From an uncultured Pseudomonadota bacterium (GTDB lineage Bacteria; Chloroflexota; UBA5177; JAJPKF01), in the NCBI GenBank assembly GCA_963799725.1, contig CAWCYJ010000001.1, positions 67,485 to 131,484 on the forward strand: 64,000 nucleotides of DNA, written 5' to 3'. The notes beneath the pieces were generated by a model that worked only from the letters and a program-made list of their open reading frames with translations, searched no databases and was not told the origin of the DNA. Each line of letters opens with the position of its first letter. The first letter of the stretch is position 1. Below, in pieces: positions 27,211 through 38,177 of the stretch. The position numbers were made by a program, and so were the translations under genes.

Positions 27211-30097
27211 GACTGTTCTGACGACAACTGACAACCCCGGGTCTCACGGCAGAAACGATGTCGCCACGAAGAAACTGATGCTTGTGGACGGCCATGCGCT
27301 TGTGCATCGAGCCTTCCATGCGCTGCCAGAGCTGACGACCACGTCAGGAGAGCTGGTCAATGCCGTCTTCGGCTGGACGTCGATGGTGATCAAAGCCATG
27401 GATACCCTCCACCCGACTCACGTGATCGTTGCATTCGACCGACCATCGCCCACGTTCCGGCACGAACAGTACGCTGATTACAAAGCGACACGTCCACGTA
27501 CGCCGAGACCGCTTGCCCTGCAGTTTGACAGGGTCCGGGAAGTCGCGGCTGCCTTTAACATGCCTATCGTCGAGCTTTCCGGTTACGAGGCAGACGATAT
27601 CCTGGGAACCCTGGCCCATCAAGCGGAACGCATGACCGTACCGACAGTAATCGTGACCGGTGATCTCGATACGCTTCAGCTGGTGGATGATTACATCACT
27701 GTGCTTACGAACGGCCGTCAATTCAGCGACACCAAGCTCTATACCCGGGAGTCGGTTGTCGAGCGTTATGGGCTTACGCCTGAACAAATCCCTGACCTCA
27801 AGGGATTGATCGGAGACACTTCAGACAACATTCCCGGAATCCGCGGTATCGGTGAGAAGACAGCCGCCAAGCTGCTCATCCAGTACGGATCTCTTGATGA
27901 AATCTTTGAACATATTGGCGAGATCAGTGGCAAAGTCGGTGAGCTTCTCAGAGACGCTCGCGATCAATCATTCCGATCGCGTGATCTTGCTCGGATAGTG
28001 ACGGCTCCGGTTACGTTGGATCTGGATGCGTCGGCCGTGAAGGACTTCGACCTTCCGAGACTAATCAGTCTGTTCCGAGAGCTGGAGTTTCGATCGCTAA
28101 TTCCGCGCGTCCAGCAGCTACGCCCTGGCGAATTGGCACCAACCACCAGGCTTACCGCTCGGACAACGACCGAGCAGCTGAGTATGTTCGCAGAGGAGGG
28201 GACTGAGACGGATGAATCATCTACCCCTGCGACCGATCAACAGGACACGGCTCGCCGCCAGACCGAGGTAACGGTAGTCGACAACCAAGAGGCGCTCGAG
28301 CAACTGATCGAACGGCTCATTGCCGCAGGAACATTCGCGCTTGATATCAGGGCGGACGGTCCAACGGGATTCGACTCTGAGCTCGTCGGGATTGGTCTCG
28401 CCGTAGAAGAGGGTAAGGCTTTCTATGTTCCGGTCGGCCACACGTCGGGGTCTCAACTGGAACGAGAGGTGGCGCTTGATCAATTAAAGAGAGTGTTCCA
28501 GGATTCTTCGATCGGGAAGTATGGCCACAACCTGAAGCCGGCTTCTCTCATCCTGGCTCGTTATGGCATTGAGCTTCGAGGTTTGGAGCTCGACACGATG
28601 TTAGCGAGCTACCTCGAAAACTCATCCTCTCGGATGTTGGCCCTGGATTCACTGGCTGCTCAAAGGCTCGGAATCGAGATCATGACGCTCGAAAACCTAG
28701 CCGGCAAGGGCAAGAACCAAATCCCGCAGTCCGACCTTCCGATTCAAGACCTGGCCACGTACTCCGGCCTCGTAGCCGAAGTGACTCTCCAACTCGGTCC
28801 TCTACTTCGTGAGCGGTTGAAGCATCGTAATCTGCTTGATCTGTTGGACAAGATCGAGATGCCGCTTATCGGCGTTCTTGCGGATATGGAGGGCAGCGGG
28901 GTAGCGCTTGATACTCAACTCCTGCAAGAAATGTCAGGCGAAATGGCCAGCACGCTGGAGCAAATTGAAACTCGCATTTACGACCTTGCCGGTCAGAGGT
29001 TCAATATCAGCTCTCCGCCCCAGCTCGGAGACATTCTCTTTAACCAGCTGAAACTCAAAAAGAGCCGCAGAACCAAAACGGGATACTCAACCGACAACGA
29101 GGTGCTCGACAAGCTACGCGATCAGCATCCCATCATCGCCGACGTACTGGAGTACCGCCAGCTCATCAAGCTGAAGAGCACCTACATCGATGCTTTGCCT
29201 GCAATGCTGAGTCCGCGAGACGGCAAGCTACATACCGACTTCAATCAGGCGGTAGCAGCTACGGGCAGGCTCTCCTCCAGCAATCCGAATCTTCAGAATA
29301 TTCCCATTCGCACGGAGATTGGATATCGCATACGTAAGGCTTTCATACCGAGTGAGCAGGATTGGGTGCTATTGGCAGCCGATTATTCACAGATTGAGCT
29401 GAGGGTTCTAGCCCACCTTTCCAAAGATCCGCGGCTGATAGAAGCATTTCTTCAAGGCCAGGATATCCACGTAGTTTCGGCAGCAGCGGTCTGGGGCATC
29501 AACCCGTCAGAAGTTACATCAGAGCAGCGTCGAATTGCGAAAGTTGTTAACTTTGGCATCGTCTATGGGATTGGAGAGCAGCGACTCGCCTACGAGACCG
29601 GGCTATCACGCGAGGAGGCGGGAGCCTTCATCGCCGACTATAGAAAGCTATATTCCGGAGTCACTGAGTACATGGAGGGCGTCAAGGCTCAGGCGCAGCT
29701 CTACGGGCAGGTCTTGACGCTACTCAATCGCGTCCGCAGCATTCCGGAGATTCACTCGAACCACCCTGGTGTTAGGCAGGCAGCAGAACGACAGGCGATC
29801 AACATGCCCGTCCAGGGAACAGCGGCGGATATCATCAAGATCGCCATGGTCGATATCTGGCGAGAGATCAAGCGGCGAGACCTGAGGAGCCGGATGCTCC
29901 TCCAGGTTCACGACGAGCTTGTTTTCGAGGCTCCGAAGGAGGAAATCGACGAACTGAGCGTCCTGGTTCGAGAGCGAATGATGGGCGCTTTGGACCTTGT
30001 TGTCCCGCTTGCTGTCGAGCTACACGTGGGTTGCAGCTGGGGAGATCTGGCGACAGTGGAAGACAACGTTCCTACCGAAGGCTTGCTACCCGCCTAA
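27200..30097 (+). CDS. polA: DNA polymerase I (5' nuclease + degenerate 3'-5' exo domain + polymerase)
   Basis: 5' nuclease: LMLVDGHALVHRAFHA...GYEADDILGTLA..TGDLDTLQLV. Polymerase motifs: DYSQIELRVLAHLS, RRIAKVVNFGIVYG, QVHDELVFE. The exo motifs are degenerate: ALDIRAD instead of DxE, HNLKPA instead of NLKYD, YSGLVAEV instead of YAAEDAD. Start is uncertain (ATG 27200 overlaps the rhomboid stop by 11 nt; alternative ATG 27278). Confidence 0.95.
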   Translation: MDPETVLTTTDNPGSHGRNDVATKKLMLVDGHALVHRAFHALPELTTTSGELVNAVFGWTSMVIKAMDTLHPTHVIVAFDRPSPTFRHEQYADYKATRPRTPRPLALQFDRVREVAAAFNMPIVELSGYEADDILGTLAHQAERMTVPTVIVTGDLDTLQLVDDYITVLTNGRQFSDTKLYTRESVVERYGLTPEQIPDLKGLIGDTSDNIPGIRGIGEKTAAKLLIQYGSLDEIFEHIGEISGKVGELLRDARDQSFRSRDLARIVTAPVTLDLDASAVKDFDLPRLISLFRELEFRSLIPRVQQLRPGELAPTTRLTARTTTEQLSMFAEEGTETDESSTPATDQQDTARRQTEVTVVDNQEALEQLIERLIAAGTFALDIRADGPTGFDSELVGIGLAVEEGKAFYVPVGHTSGSQLEREVALDQLKRVFQDSSIGKYGHNLKPASLILARYGIELRGLELDTMLASYLENSSSRMLALDSLAAQRLGIEIMTLENLAGKGKNQIPQSDLPIQDLATYSGLVAEVTLQLGPLLRERLKHRNLLDLLDKIEMPLIGVLADMEGSGVALDTQLLQEMSGEMASTLEQIETRIYDLAGQRFNISSPPQLGDILFNQLKLKKSRRTKTGYSTDNEVLDKLRDQHPIIADVLEYRQLIKLKSTYIDALPAMLSPRDGKLHTDFNQAVAATGRLSSSNPNLQNIPIRTEIGYRIRKAFIPSEQDWVLLAADYSQIELRVLAHLSKDPRLIEAFLQGQDIHVVSAAAVWGINPSEVTSEQRRIAKVVNFGIVYGIGEQRLAYETGLSREEAGAFIADYRKLYSGVTEYMEGVKAQAQLYGQVLTLLNRVRSIPEIHSNHPGVRQAAERQAINMPVQGTAADIIKIAMVDIWREIKRRDLRSRMLLQVHDELVFEAPKEEIDELSVLVRERMMGALDLVVPLAVELHVGCSWGDLATVEDNVPTEGLLPA

Positions 30098-30156
30098 ACT
30101 GGCATCGAAATCCTAGACAGCAGTGTAAGGCAGATCGGTGCTTGTTGAATCTGCCG

Positions 30157-31428
30157 TCAGTTGGCCGTGCTTGGTTCCGCGGTCTCTGCCTCTCCATGAA
30201 GTGGGCAGGCCTCGCAATGATCGAACCGGCAGAAGTGTAGCGAAAGATGGAGAAGCCCCTGCTGCTGCAGTGCTCGATAGGGTCGGAAGCGGAAGCCGTC
30301 CTTGGCTAACTTGGATCGAAGGCCTGACACCCAGCGGTTGTCACCGGCTGCGGGCAGGCCAGCCAGTGTTGCTGCTCCGTCGAGATTGGAATAGGCCGTC
30401 AGGTAAGGCAGCCCCACATTCACGACGATGTCCAGGGCTCTCTGTTGGCCAACCAGAATCTGGTCGGACTCTACCAGGAATAGCTCGGCTAGAGATTCCG
30501 TCCTCGACCCTTCGAGAGCGTTTGAAAACCCTCGTCGATGACGATGGGTCAGTCGCGCGAGTGCCCGAAGACGTGCGGCAGGATGGTTGGCGGGACGGAC
30601 GCGGAACGCCTTAAGCTCGCCCGGCTTGAGAACAGGTTCGTCGATGAACGGTGAGGTGAACTGATCCGTGGCGATTCCGGCGGCAGTAAGTAGCAGTCGC
30701 TCGGCTTCAAAAAGGCTAAGCGAGGAGAGCAGATCGAAGGGAATGGATTCGGCGATTTTACGGAAAGCATACTGATTGGCGCTGTACCCCAAGCATTCAG
30801 CAATGAGACGGTAAAGCGCTTCATTTGGACCCAGTGCTTCGACATCGCTCCGAATACGCATAACCTTGTCTGCGAATCTAAGCCGGCCCGCCGTTTCGAC
30901 CGTCTCTTGAATCTTCTCCGTATCCATCGTGTCTGCAGGGCAGCGCACGATTTCGGTTGGACGCCCATCGAAGGCGTGCTCCAGCAGCGCTAGGGAAGCG
31001 GTCAGGATACCCGCCAGCTCGAGCTGATCCAGTGACCTTCCCGTGGAAGTGGAGGGTGGGATGAGCTGGTCGACACTCAAGACCACATGAAGAACGACAT
31101 TGTCATAAGCCGGGTCGAGATGATGCCGGTGAGCGGTCCAGTCTGAGCTAAATGTGTGAATCTCGACGTCCCCGCGGCGCAGGGACCCGTTGGTGCTACC
31201 GATGATGGCGTCGCGAAAGTCAGGACCGGCAGTGGTACTCGGCCAGCCTGGAAAGACCACATCGAAACCGGACGCCCTTGCGGCACTCGAGTCGAACCGG
31301 CGGGTCTGCCAGATCCACCACACCAATCGTTCGTCGACTCTGGCAGGACCGCTTGCATCGTGTAGTGTTGGCCAGGTCGAGGCTTCCTCAGACGACGGAT
31401 AGGCGCGCGTGATCGCCATGTCCGTCAC
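30157..31428 (-). CDS. DUF2851-family protein
   Basis: 423 aa. ERLVWWIWQTRRF....G..V.FPG.......GPDFRDAII.....LRRGDVEIH.FSSDWTAHRHHLDPAYDNVVLHVVL matches the DUF2851 signature as I remember it. A Cys cluster lies near the C-terminus (FCRFDHCEACPLH). Confidence 0.7.
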   Translation of the reverse strand: MTDMAITRAYPSSEEASTWPTLHDASGPARVDERLVWWIWQTRRFDSSAARASGFDVVFPGWPSTTAGPDFRDAIIGSTNGSLRRGDVEIHTFSSDWTAHRHHLDPAYDNVVLHVVLSVDQLIPPSTSTGRSLDQLELAGILTASLALLEHAFDGRPTEIVRCPADTMDTEKIQETVETAGRLRFADKVMRIRSDVEALGPNEALYRLIAECLGYSANQYAFRKIAESIPFDLLSSLSLFEAERLLLTAAGIATDQFTSPFIDEPVLKPGELKAFRVRPANHPAARLRALARLTHRHRRGFSNALEGSRTESLAELFLVESDQILVGQQRALDIVVNVGLPYLTAYSNLDGAATLAGLPAAGDNRWVSGLRSKLAKDGFRFRPYRALQQQGLLHLSLHFCRFDHCEACPLHGEAETAEPSTAN

Positions 31429-31459
31429 TCCTCGGGCCAGATAGGCGCCGATGTCGGAG

Positions 31460-31465
31460 TATAAT
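31460..31465 (+). promoter_or_regulatory. Candidate -10 box for the apt-mtnA-mtnP-pfkB-ahcY operon
   Basis: Perfect TATAAT in the 60-nt divergent spacer, 24 nt upstream of the apt TTG start (GGAGG RBS at 31477-31481). The -35 is weak. Confidence 0.35.
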
Positions 31466-31488
31466 ACTCCCGTCTCAGGAGGTGTGGA

Positions 31489-32022
31489 TTGGTCGACGGA
31501 ATCGAGCGGATTCGGGGCCTGATACGAGAGGTCCCTGACTTCCCCAACAAGGGCGTGCTTTTTTACGATGTTACGACCGTCCTCAAGGACGCGCAGGCCT
31601 TTCGCCGATCCATTGATTTGATGGCTGAGCCCTGGAAGGGCGTACGAATCGATGCGATTGCCGCCATGGAGTCCAGAGGTTTCATCTTTGGCGCTCCATT
31701 GGCGTATGTTCTTCAGTGCGGCTTCATCCCCATCAGAAAGCTGGGTAAGCTACCAGCCGAGACTGTGAGCCGTGAGTATTCTCTGGAATACGGATCCAAT
31801 GTCCTGGAGATTCATCGAGACGCCGTAAGCCCCGGTCAGCGCATCTTGCTCGTGGATGACGTGCTGGCGACCGGAGGAACAATCGCCACCTCGATCGACA
31901 TTGTGCGGGAGCTGGGAGGTGTTCCGATCGGGATCGCAGTTCTGATCGAGCTGGACTTTCTCAATGGTCGAGAGCGGTTGTCACCATACGAGATCGACGT
32001 CAAATCGTTCGTCCATTACTGA
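31489..32022 (+). CDS. apt: Adenine phosphoribosyltransferase
   Basis: 177 aa. IREVPDFPNKGVLFYDVT.....AF.......A......IDAIAAMESRGFIFGAPLA......FIPIRK.GKLP......EY.LEYG...LEIH.DA...GQRILLVDDVLATGGT. Confidence 0.9.
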   Translation: MVDGIERIRGLIREVPDFPNKGVLFYDVTTVLKDAQAFRRSIDLMAEPWKGVRIDAIAAMESRGFIFGAPLAYVLQCGFIPIRKLGKLPAETVSREYSLEYGSNVLEIHRDAVSPGQRILLVDDVLATGGTIATSIDIVRELGGVPIGIAVLIELDFLNGRERLSPYEIDVKSFVHY

Positions 32023-32086
32023 CGTCCCGTGATAACATGGTCTGTCGAGTCCGGCACCCATACTTCTCGAAGGAGAAGTCTTTTTT

Positions 32087-33160
32087 TTGCAAAATTCTAG
32101 CGGAGTAGCGGCCGAAGATCTACTCCAGCCGGTTCGATGGTCTGATGGAACGCTGGAAATCCTAGACCAGCGCTTGCTACCGCAAGAGTACCGGGTCGAC
32201 CGCTATACGCGGGTCGAGGATGTGGCGCTGGCAATCCGGGAAATGCGGGTGCGGGGCGCTCCAGCGATTGGCGTGTGCGCTGCGTACGGGGCGGTATTGG
32301 CATCCTTCGACGATTCGGGTGATCTTTCGGCATGCATGTCCAGGGCGTTCAATCTACTAGGCTCAGCCCGACCCACCGCCGTCAATCTAGCTTGGGCTGT
32401 CGCACGGATGTCGCTCGCCTATGAAAAGGTCTGTGATGCTCCACTGGACGTACTCAGAAACCGCTTGCTCAGGGAGGCTACCGACATCCATGAGGAGTCA
32501 TATCGAGCCGACCAGGAGATCGGACGCCTTGGAGCAGAGCTCCTGCGGGGGCGTGAATCCATCCTGACTCACTGCAATGCCGGCCCACTGGCGACGGCCG
32601 GGTTCGGGACTGCAATCGGCGTCATTAGGTGCGCCCACGCGGCGAATTCGGGCGTGTCTGTTCTCGTGGATGAGACACGACCCTTCCTGCAAGGATCGCG
32701 GTTGACGGCGTGGGAGTTACAGGTGCTGGAGATACCGGCAACAGTCATTACAGACAGCATGGCCGGATTCATGATGCAGCGAGGAAGGGTCGATGCTGTT
32801 GTGGTGGGTGCGGACCGAATTGCTGCAAACGGCGATGTTGCCAACAAGATAGGGACGTACTCCTTGGCGGTTCTCGCCCACGCACACGATATTCCCTTCT
32901 ATGTCGCAGCTCCAACGTCGACGCTTGATCTCTCATTGACCTCTGGCACTGAGATTCCCATCGAGGAACGTGACCAACGCGAGGTGATGGAATTTCGCGG
33001 AATCCGCGTTAGTCCAGAGGGAATGCGGGCACTCCATCCGGCGTTTGACATAACGCCGAGTCATTTGGTCACCGCCATTATTACTGAGCGCGGAATTGCT
33101 CGCGATCCCTACACTGAAAGCCTCCAGAATCTGGTCGAAGAGGAGCTGGCTGTTGGCTGA
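32087..33160 (+). CDS. mtnA: S-methyl-5-thioribose-1-phosphate isomerase
   Basis: 357 aa. VRWSDGTLEILDQRLLPQEY......V.DVA.AIREMRVRGAPAIGV.AAYG...; THCNAG.LATAG.GTA.GVI; ETRP.LQG.RLTAWEL....IP.T.I.DSMA...M....VDAVVVGADRIAANGDVANKIGTY. Confidence 0.9.
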   Translation: MQNSSGVAAEDLLQPVRWSDGTLEILDQRLLPQEYRVDRYTRVEDVALAIREMRVRGAPAIGVCAAYGAVLASFDDSGDLSACMSRAFNLLGSARPTAVNLAWAVARMSLAYEKVCDAPLDVLRNRLLREATDIHEESYRADQEIGRLGAELLRGRESILTHCNAGPLATAGFGTAIGVIRCAHAANSGVSVLVDETRPFLQGSRLTAWELQVLEIPATVITDSMAGFMMQRGRVDAVVVGADRIAANGDVANKIGTYSLAVLAHAHDIPFYVAAPTSTLDLSLTSGTEIPIEERDQREVMEFRGIRVSPEGMRALHPAFDITPSHLVTAIITERGIARDPYTESLQNLVEEELAVG

Positions 33161-34049
33161 TGTGGAACTGGGCATCATCGGTGGGTCCGGTCTCTACAAG
33201 ATGCCGGCGCTAGCCGATGTTGAGGAGCGCACGGAGGAGACTCCGTTCGGATCGCCAAGCGACAAGGTTATTCTTGGAACCCTTGCTGGACGCCGGGTGG
33301 CATTCATTCCTCGACATGGGCGCGACCACACTTTGTTGCCTTCCGAAGTACCTTATCGAGCTAACATATGCGCCCTCAAGCAGCTGGGAGCGACGAGGGT
33401 TCTCGGGGTTAGCGCCGTTGGAAGCTTGCGGGAGGACTACCGTCCGTTGGATGTGGTGGTACCTGACCAACTTTTCGATCGCACCAAGGATCGAGCGGCT
33501 ACATTCTTTGGGAAGGGAATGGTTGCCCACGTCGGGTTCGCTCATCCGTTTTGTCCCGCCTTTTCATCCGCAATCCTTCGCGCGTCGACTCGTTCACCGG
33601 CAAAAGCTCACGATGGCGGAACTCTGGTGGTCATGGAAGGGCCGGCATTCTCGACGTTGGCTGAGTCTGAAACCTATCGACGTCTTGGCTTTGACCTGAT
33701 TGGAATGACGACGTTACCGGAGGCCAAACTTGCAAGGGAAGCTGAGCTTTGTTATGCTTCACTGTCGATGGTGACAGATTATGATGTCTGGCATCAGGCG
33801 CATGAGTCGGTGACCTCCGATATGGTGGCGGAGACTCTCCGCCGCAACATCGACATCGCCTACGGGATCATTGAGGACCTGGCCGGCAATTTAGAAGACG
33901 TGGGCACATGCGAATGTGGCTCAGCTCTGTCGTCTGCCTTGCTGACAAACGTTCGATCGGGTTCCCGATTCGACCATCCGGGAGCTTCAGCCAATTCTGG
34001 GAAAGTATCTGCGGGAGGAGCAACAGCGGCTGATGGGAGCGCTACTTAA
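33153..34049 (+). CDS. mtnP: S-methyl-5'-thioadenosine phosphorylase, with an apparent +1 frame disruption in the last ~30 codons
   Basis: ELGIIGGSGLY...FGSPSD....G.L.GR.VAF.PRHGR.H...PSEVPYRANI.ALK.LG...V.GVSAVGSL; MEGPAFST.AES..YR..G.D.IGMT..PEAKLAREAE.CYA....VTDYD. Start is TTG 33153 or GTG 33162. After ..CECGSALSSALLT the annotated frame gives NVRSGSRFDHPGAS.. (atypical). The +1 frame from 33955 gives DRVPDSTIRELQPILGKYL.., the usual MTAP C-terminal pattern, and ends at TAG 34090-34092. Confidence 0.85.
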   Translation: MADVELGIIGGSGLYKMPALADVEERTEETPFGSPSDKVILGTLAGRRVAFIPRHGRDHTLLPSEVPYRANICALKQLGATRVLGVSAVGSLREDYRPLDVVVPDQLFDRTKDRAATFFGKGMVAHVGFAHPFCPAFSSAILRASTRSPAKAHDGGTLVVMEGPAFSTLAESETYRRLGFDLIGMTTLPEAKLAREAELCYASLSMVTDYDVWHQAHESVTSDMVAETLRRNIDIAYGIIEDLAGNLEDVGTCECGSALSSALLTNVRSGSRFDHPGASANSGKVSAGGATAADGSAT

Positions 34050-34084
34050 TAAGGCAGTAGGAAGTAAGGAGATCAGAGGGCGAC

Positions 34085-36297
<2,213 letters not shown>

Positions 36298-36320
36298 ACT
36301 TACAACAGATCCTTGATTAG

Positions 36321-37466
36321 ATGCATGAAGCTTCAGTGAGCCCTGTGGGAAGCCGCGATGGTTCGCTGAAGCTTCTGCTCTTTTGTGGAGGATCCGGTAC
36401 CCGCCTCTGGCCGATGAGTCGACAGGGACGCCCGAAGCAATTTCAACCTCTGGTGGGATCCGACTCCCTCTTTCAGTTGATGCTTAGGCGACTGGCGAGG
36501 GGTTTCGGGATCGAAAACGTATTCGTGTCCACGGGTCTCCAGTACGTGGATCTCGTCAGACAGCAAACTCCAGAGCTGCCGGCCGAGAACATCATCGCTG
36601 AGCCCGAGATGCGAGATACGCTTGCGGCGGTGGGATACGCGGTCGCGGTGCTCGATCAGCGGTTTCCCGGCACAGCTGTCGCGACCCTCTGGGGAGCTGA
36701 TCACGTGATACGCAATGAAGAGATCTTCCTGGAGGCCATCAGAGCTGCGGCTGAGCTAACCGTGGAACGCGACTGGGTAGTAAAGATCGATGTACCGCCC
36801 ACTTATCCAAATACAGGACTTGGATACATCGAGGTCGGCGACAAAATCGACCGCGTGCACGATTTCGATGTCTATGCCTTCGTCCGACAGATCGAAAAGC
36901 CGGACGAAGAGAGAGCCCGTGAATTCGTGGATAGTGGTCGGTTCATGTGGAATACCGGCTACATTGTTTGGACGACCTCGAAGGTCCTTGATCTCTACGC
37001 TAAGCATGCGCCCGATACCTTTGAGCGGCTGAAAAGGATTCGGTCACTGCTCGAGGAGGATGACAGATCTTCGGGCAAGGGCCTTTCCGACAGCGATGCG
37101 AGACTTGCCGAAGAGTTCGGGAAGATCGAGAAGCTTTCCATTGACTACGGTGTTTTCCAGAAGATGGGCGGAAGTGAGTTTGCGGTCATGCCGGCTGACT
37201 TGGGTTGGAGCGATATTGGAGCCTGGAACGTTCTGCGTGATGAGCTGCAGGAGGGCGAAAACGTGGTGCGTGGCAGCGTCATGACCATCGACACCCGGGG
37301 CAGCCTCGTCTATGGGCTCACGGATAGGACGATCGTAACGATCGGTCTCGACGGTTTTATCGTGGTCGATACAGAGGACGCGCTGCTCATCTGTCCGGCC
37401 GACCGTTCACAAGACGTCAAACGCGTAATTGAACGGCTGAAGGGCGAGGCCCCGGAGATGCTCTAG
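36321..37466 (+). CDS. Mannose-1-phosphate guanylyltransferase-like NDP-sugar pyrophosphorylase (no cupin/PMI domain)
   Basis: 381 aa. LLLFCGGSGTRLWPMSRQGRPKQFQPLVG..SLFQ is the nucleotidyltransferase signature. Later: GLGYIE.G, WNTGYIVW, IDYGV.QK, GWSDIGAW. Confidence 0.8.
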   Translation: MHEASVSPVGSRDGSLKLLLFCGGSGTRLWPMSRQGRPKQFQPLVGSDSLFQLMLRRLARGFGIENVFVSTGLQYVDLVRQQTPELPAENIIAEPEMRDTLAAVGYAVAVLDQRFPGTAVATLWGADHVIRNEEIFLEAIRAAAELTVERDWVVKIDVPPTYPNTGLGYIEVGDKIDRVHDFDVYAFVRQIEKPDEERAREFVDSGRFMWNTGYIVWTTSKVLDLYAKHAPDTFERLKRIRSLLEEDDRSSGKGLSDSDARLAEEFGKIEKLSIDYGVFQKMGGSEFAVMPADLGWSDIGAWNVLRDELQEGENVVRGSVMTIDTRGSLVYGLTDRTIVTIGLDGFIVVDTEDALLICPADRSQDVKRVIERLKGEAPEML

Positions 37467-37535
37467 GGGGTCGCGAGACAACTGAGCAGCGACTGCCCAG
37501 TCTTCGGAGCGCGGATCGGTCAGATTCCTGAGGGC

Positions 37536-38159
37536 TTACTTGACGGCGATGGCGCTGCCTATGAGGATCGTTACGGCTCCGAGAATCGCACTGACAATGA
37601 CGAGAAGAAGCGGAAGAATGGGAATCGAGAGCCTCGATTCCGGCTTGTCTCCAGAGCCGAATAGACCTCCTTCCACTTTCACAAACGAGTCGTAGTGCAG
37701 ACCCGAGTCTGCGCCACCAATTCGAAAGACCAGTTTCCGGAGGGGGTGAGACCACATCCACTGCGAGGCCGGCAGCGAGTCCCGATTGTATGGAATGCTC
37801 GCCAGTAGAAAGCCGAGAGCCAGGGCAACTGGAATCGCGAAGCCAATTTCGCCAGATGCGGGAGGAGTGAGATGGGCAATGATGATCACTGTCAGGATCC
37901 ATCCTCCAACGGCAATCACCGCATAAACAAGGCCGGTCGGGAGGAATGGCTTGGCCCTCAGCACTCGCAGGTTCCAGATTGCGACACAGTAGGCAGCGAG
38001 AACTCCACCCAGCAGGGCAGCTATCCAGATGAGGTTGGGGCTGAGAGGAAGAGGTTCGAGTCTGGTGCGTCCCTTTGCCTCGCGGTCGACGTGGCACTCG
38101 GCGCACGATTCGAGTAGCGACGGATTTACGTCGCCGCAGTTGCTGCAGGCCCATCCCAT
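37536..38159 (-). CDS. Zinc-ribbon membrane protein (hypothetical)
   Basis: 207 aa. N-terminal CSNCG...(9 aa)...CAEC ribbon followed by 4-5 hydrophobic helices. Preferred over the overlapping Arg-rich 245-aa ORF 37417..38154. It starts 18 nt downstream of the der stop. Confidence 0.5.
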   Translation of the reverse strand: MGWACSNCGDVNPSLLESCAECHVDREAKGRTRLEPLPLSPNLIWIAALLGGVLAAYCVAIWNLRVLRAKPFLPTGLVYAVIAVGGWILTVIIIAHLTPPASGEIGFAIPVALALGFLLASIPYNRDSLPASQWMWSHPLRKLVFRIGGADSGLHYDSFVKVEGGLFGSGDKPESRLSIPILPLLLVIVSAILGAVTILIGSAIAVK

Positions 38160-38177
38160 GGCAGTATTTTACACACC

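Noticed and set aside
30129-30155. GGCAGAT...ATCTGCC hairpin between convergent polA and the DUF2851 gene, considered as a bidirectional terminator
   Set aside because: It has a 13-nt loop and no U/A tracts on either side, and it abuts the DUF2851 stop. That is insufficient support.
37417-38154. 245-aa minus-strand ORF overlapping the zinc-ribbon membrane gene
   Set aside because: It is Arg/Ser/Pro-rich with no hydrophobic core. The alternative frame (37536..38159) gives a coherent zinc ribbon plus TM helices.
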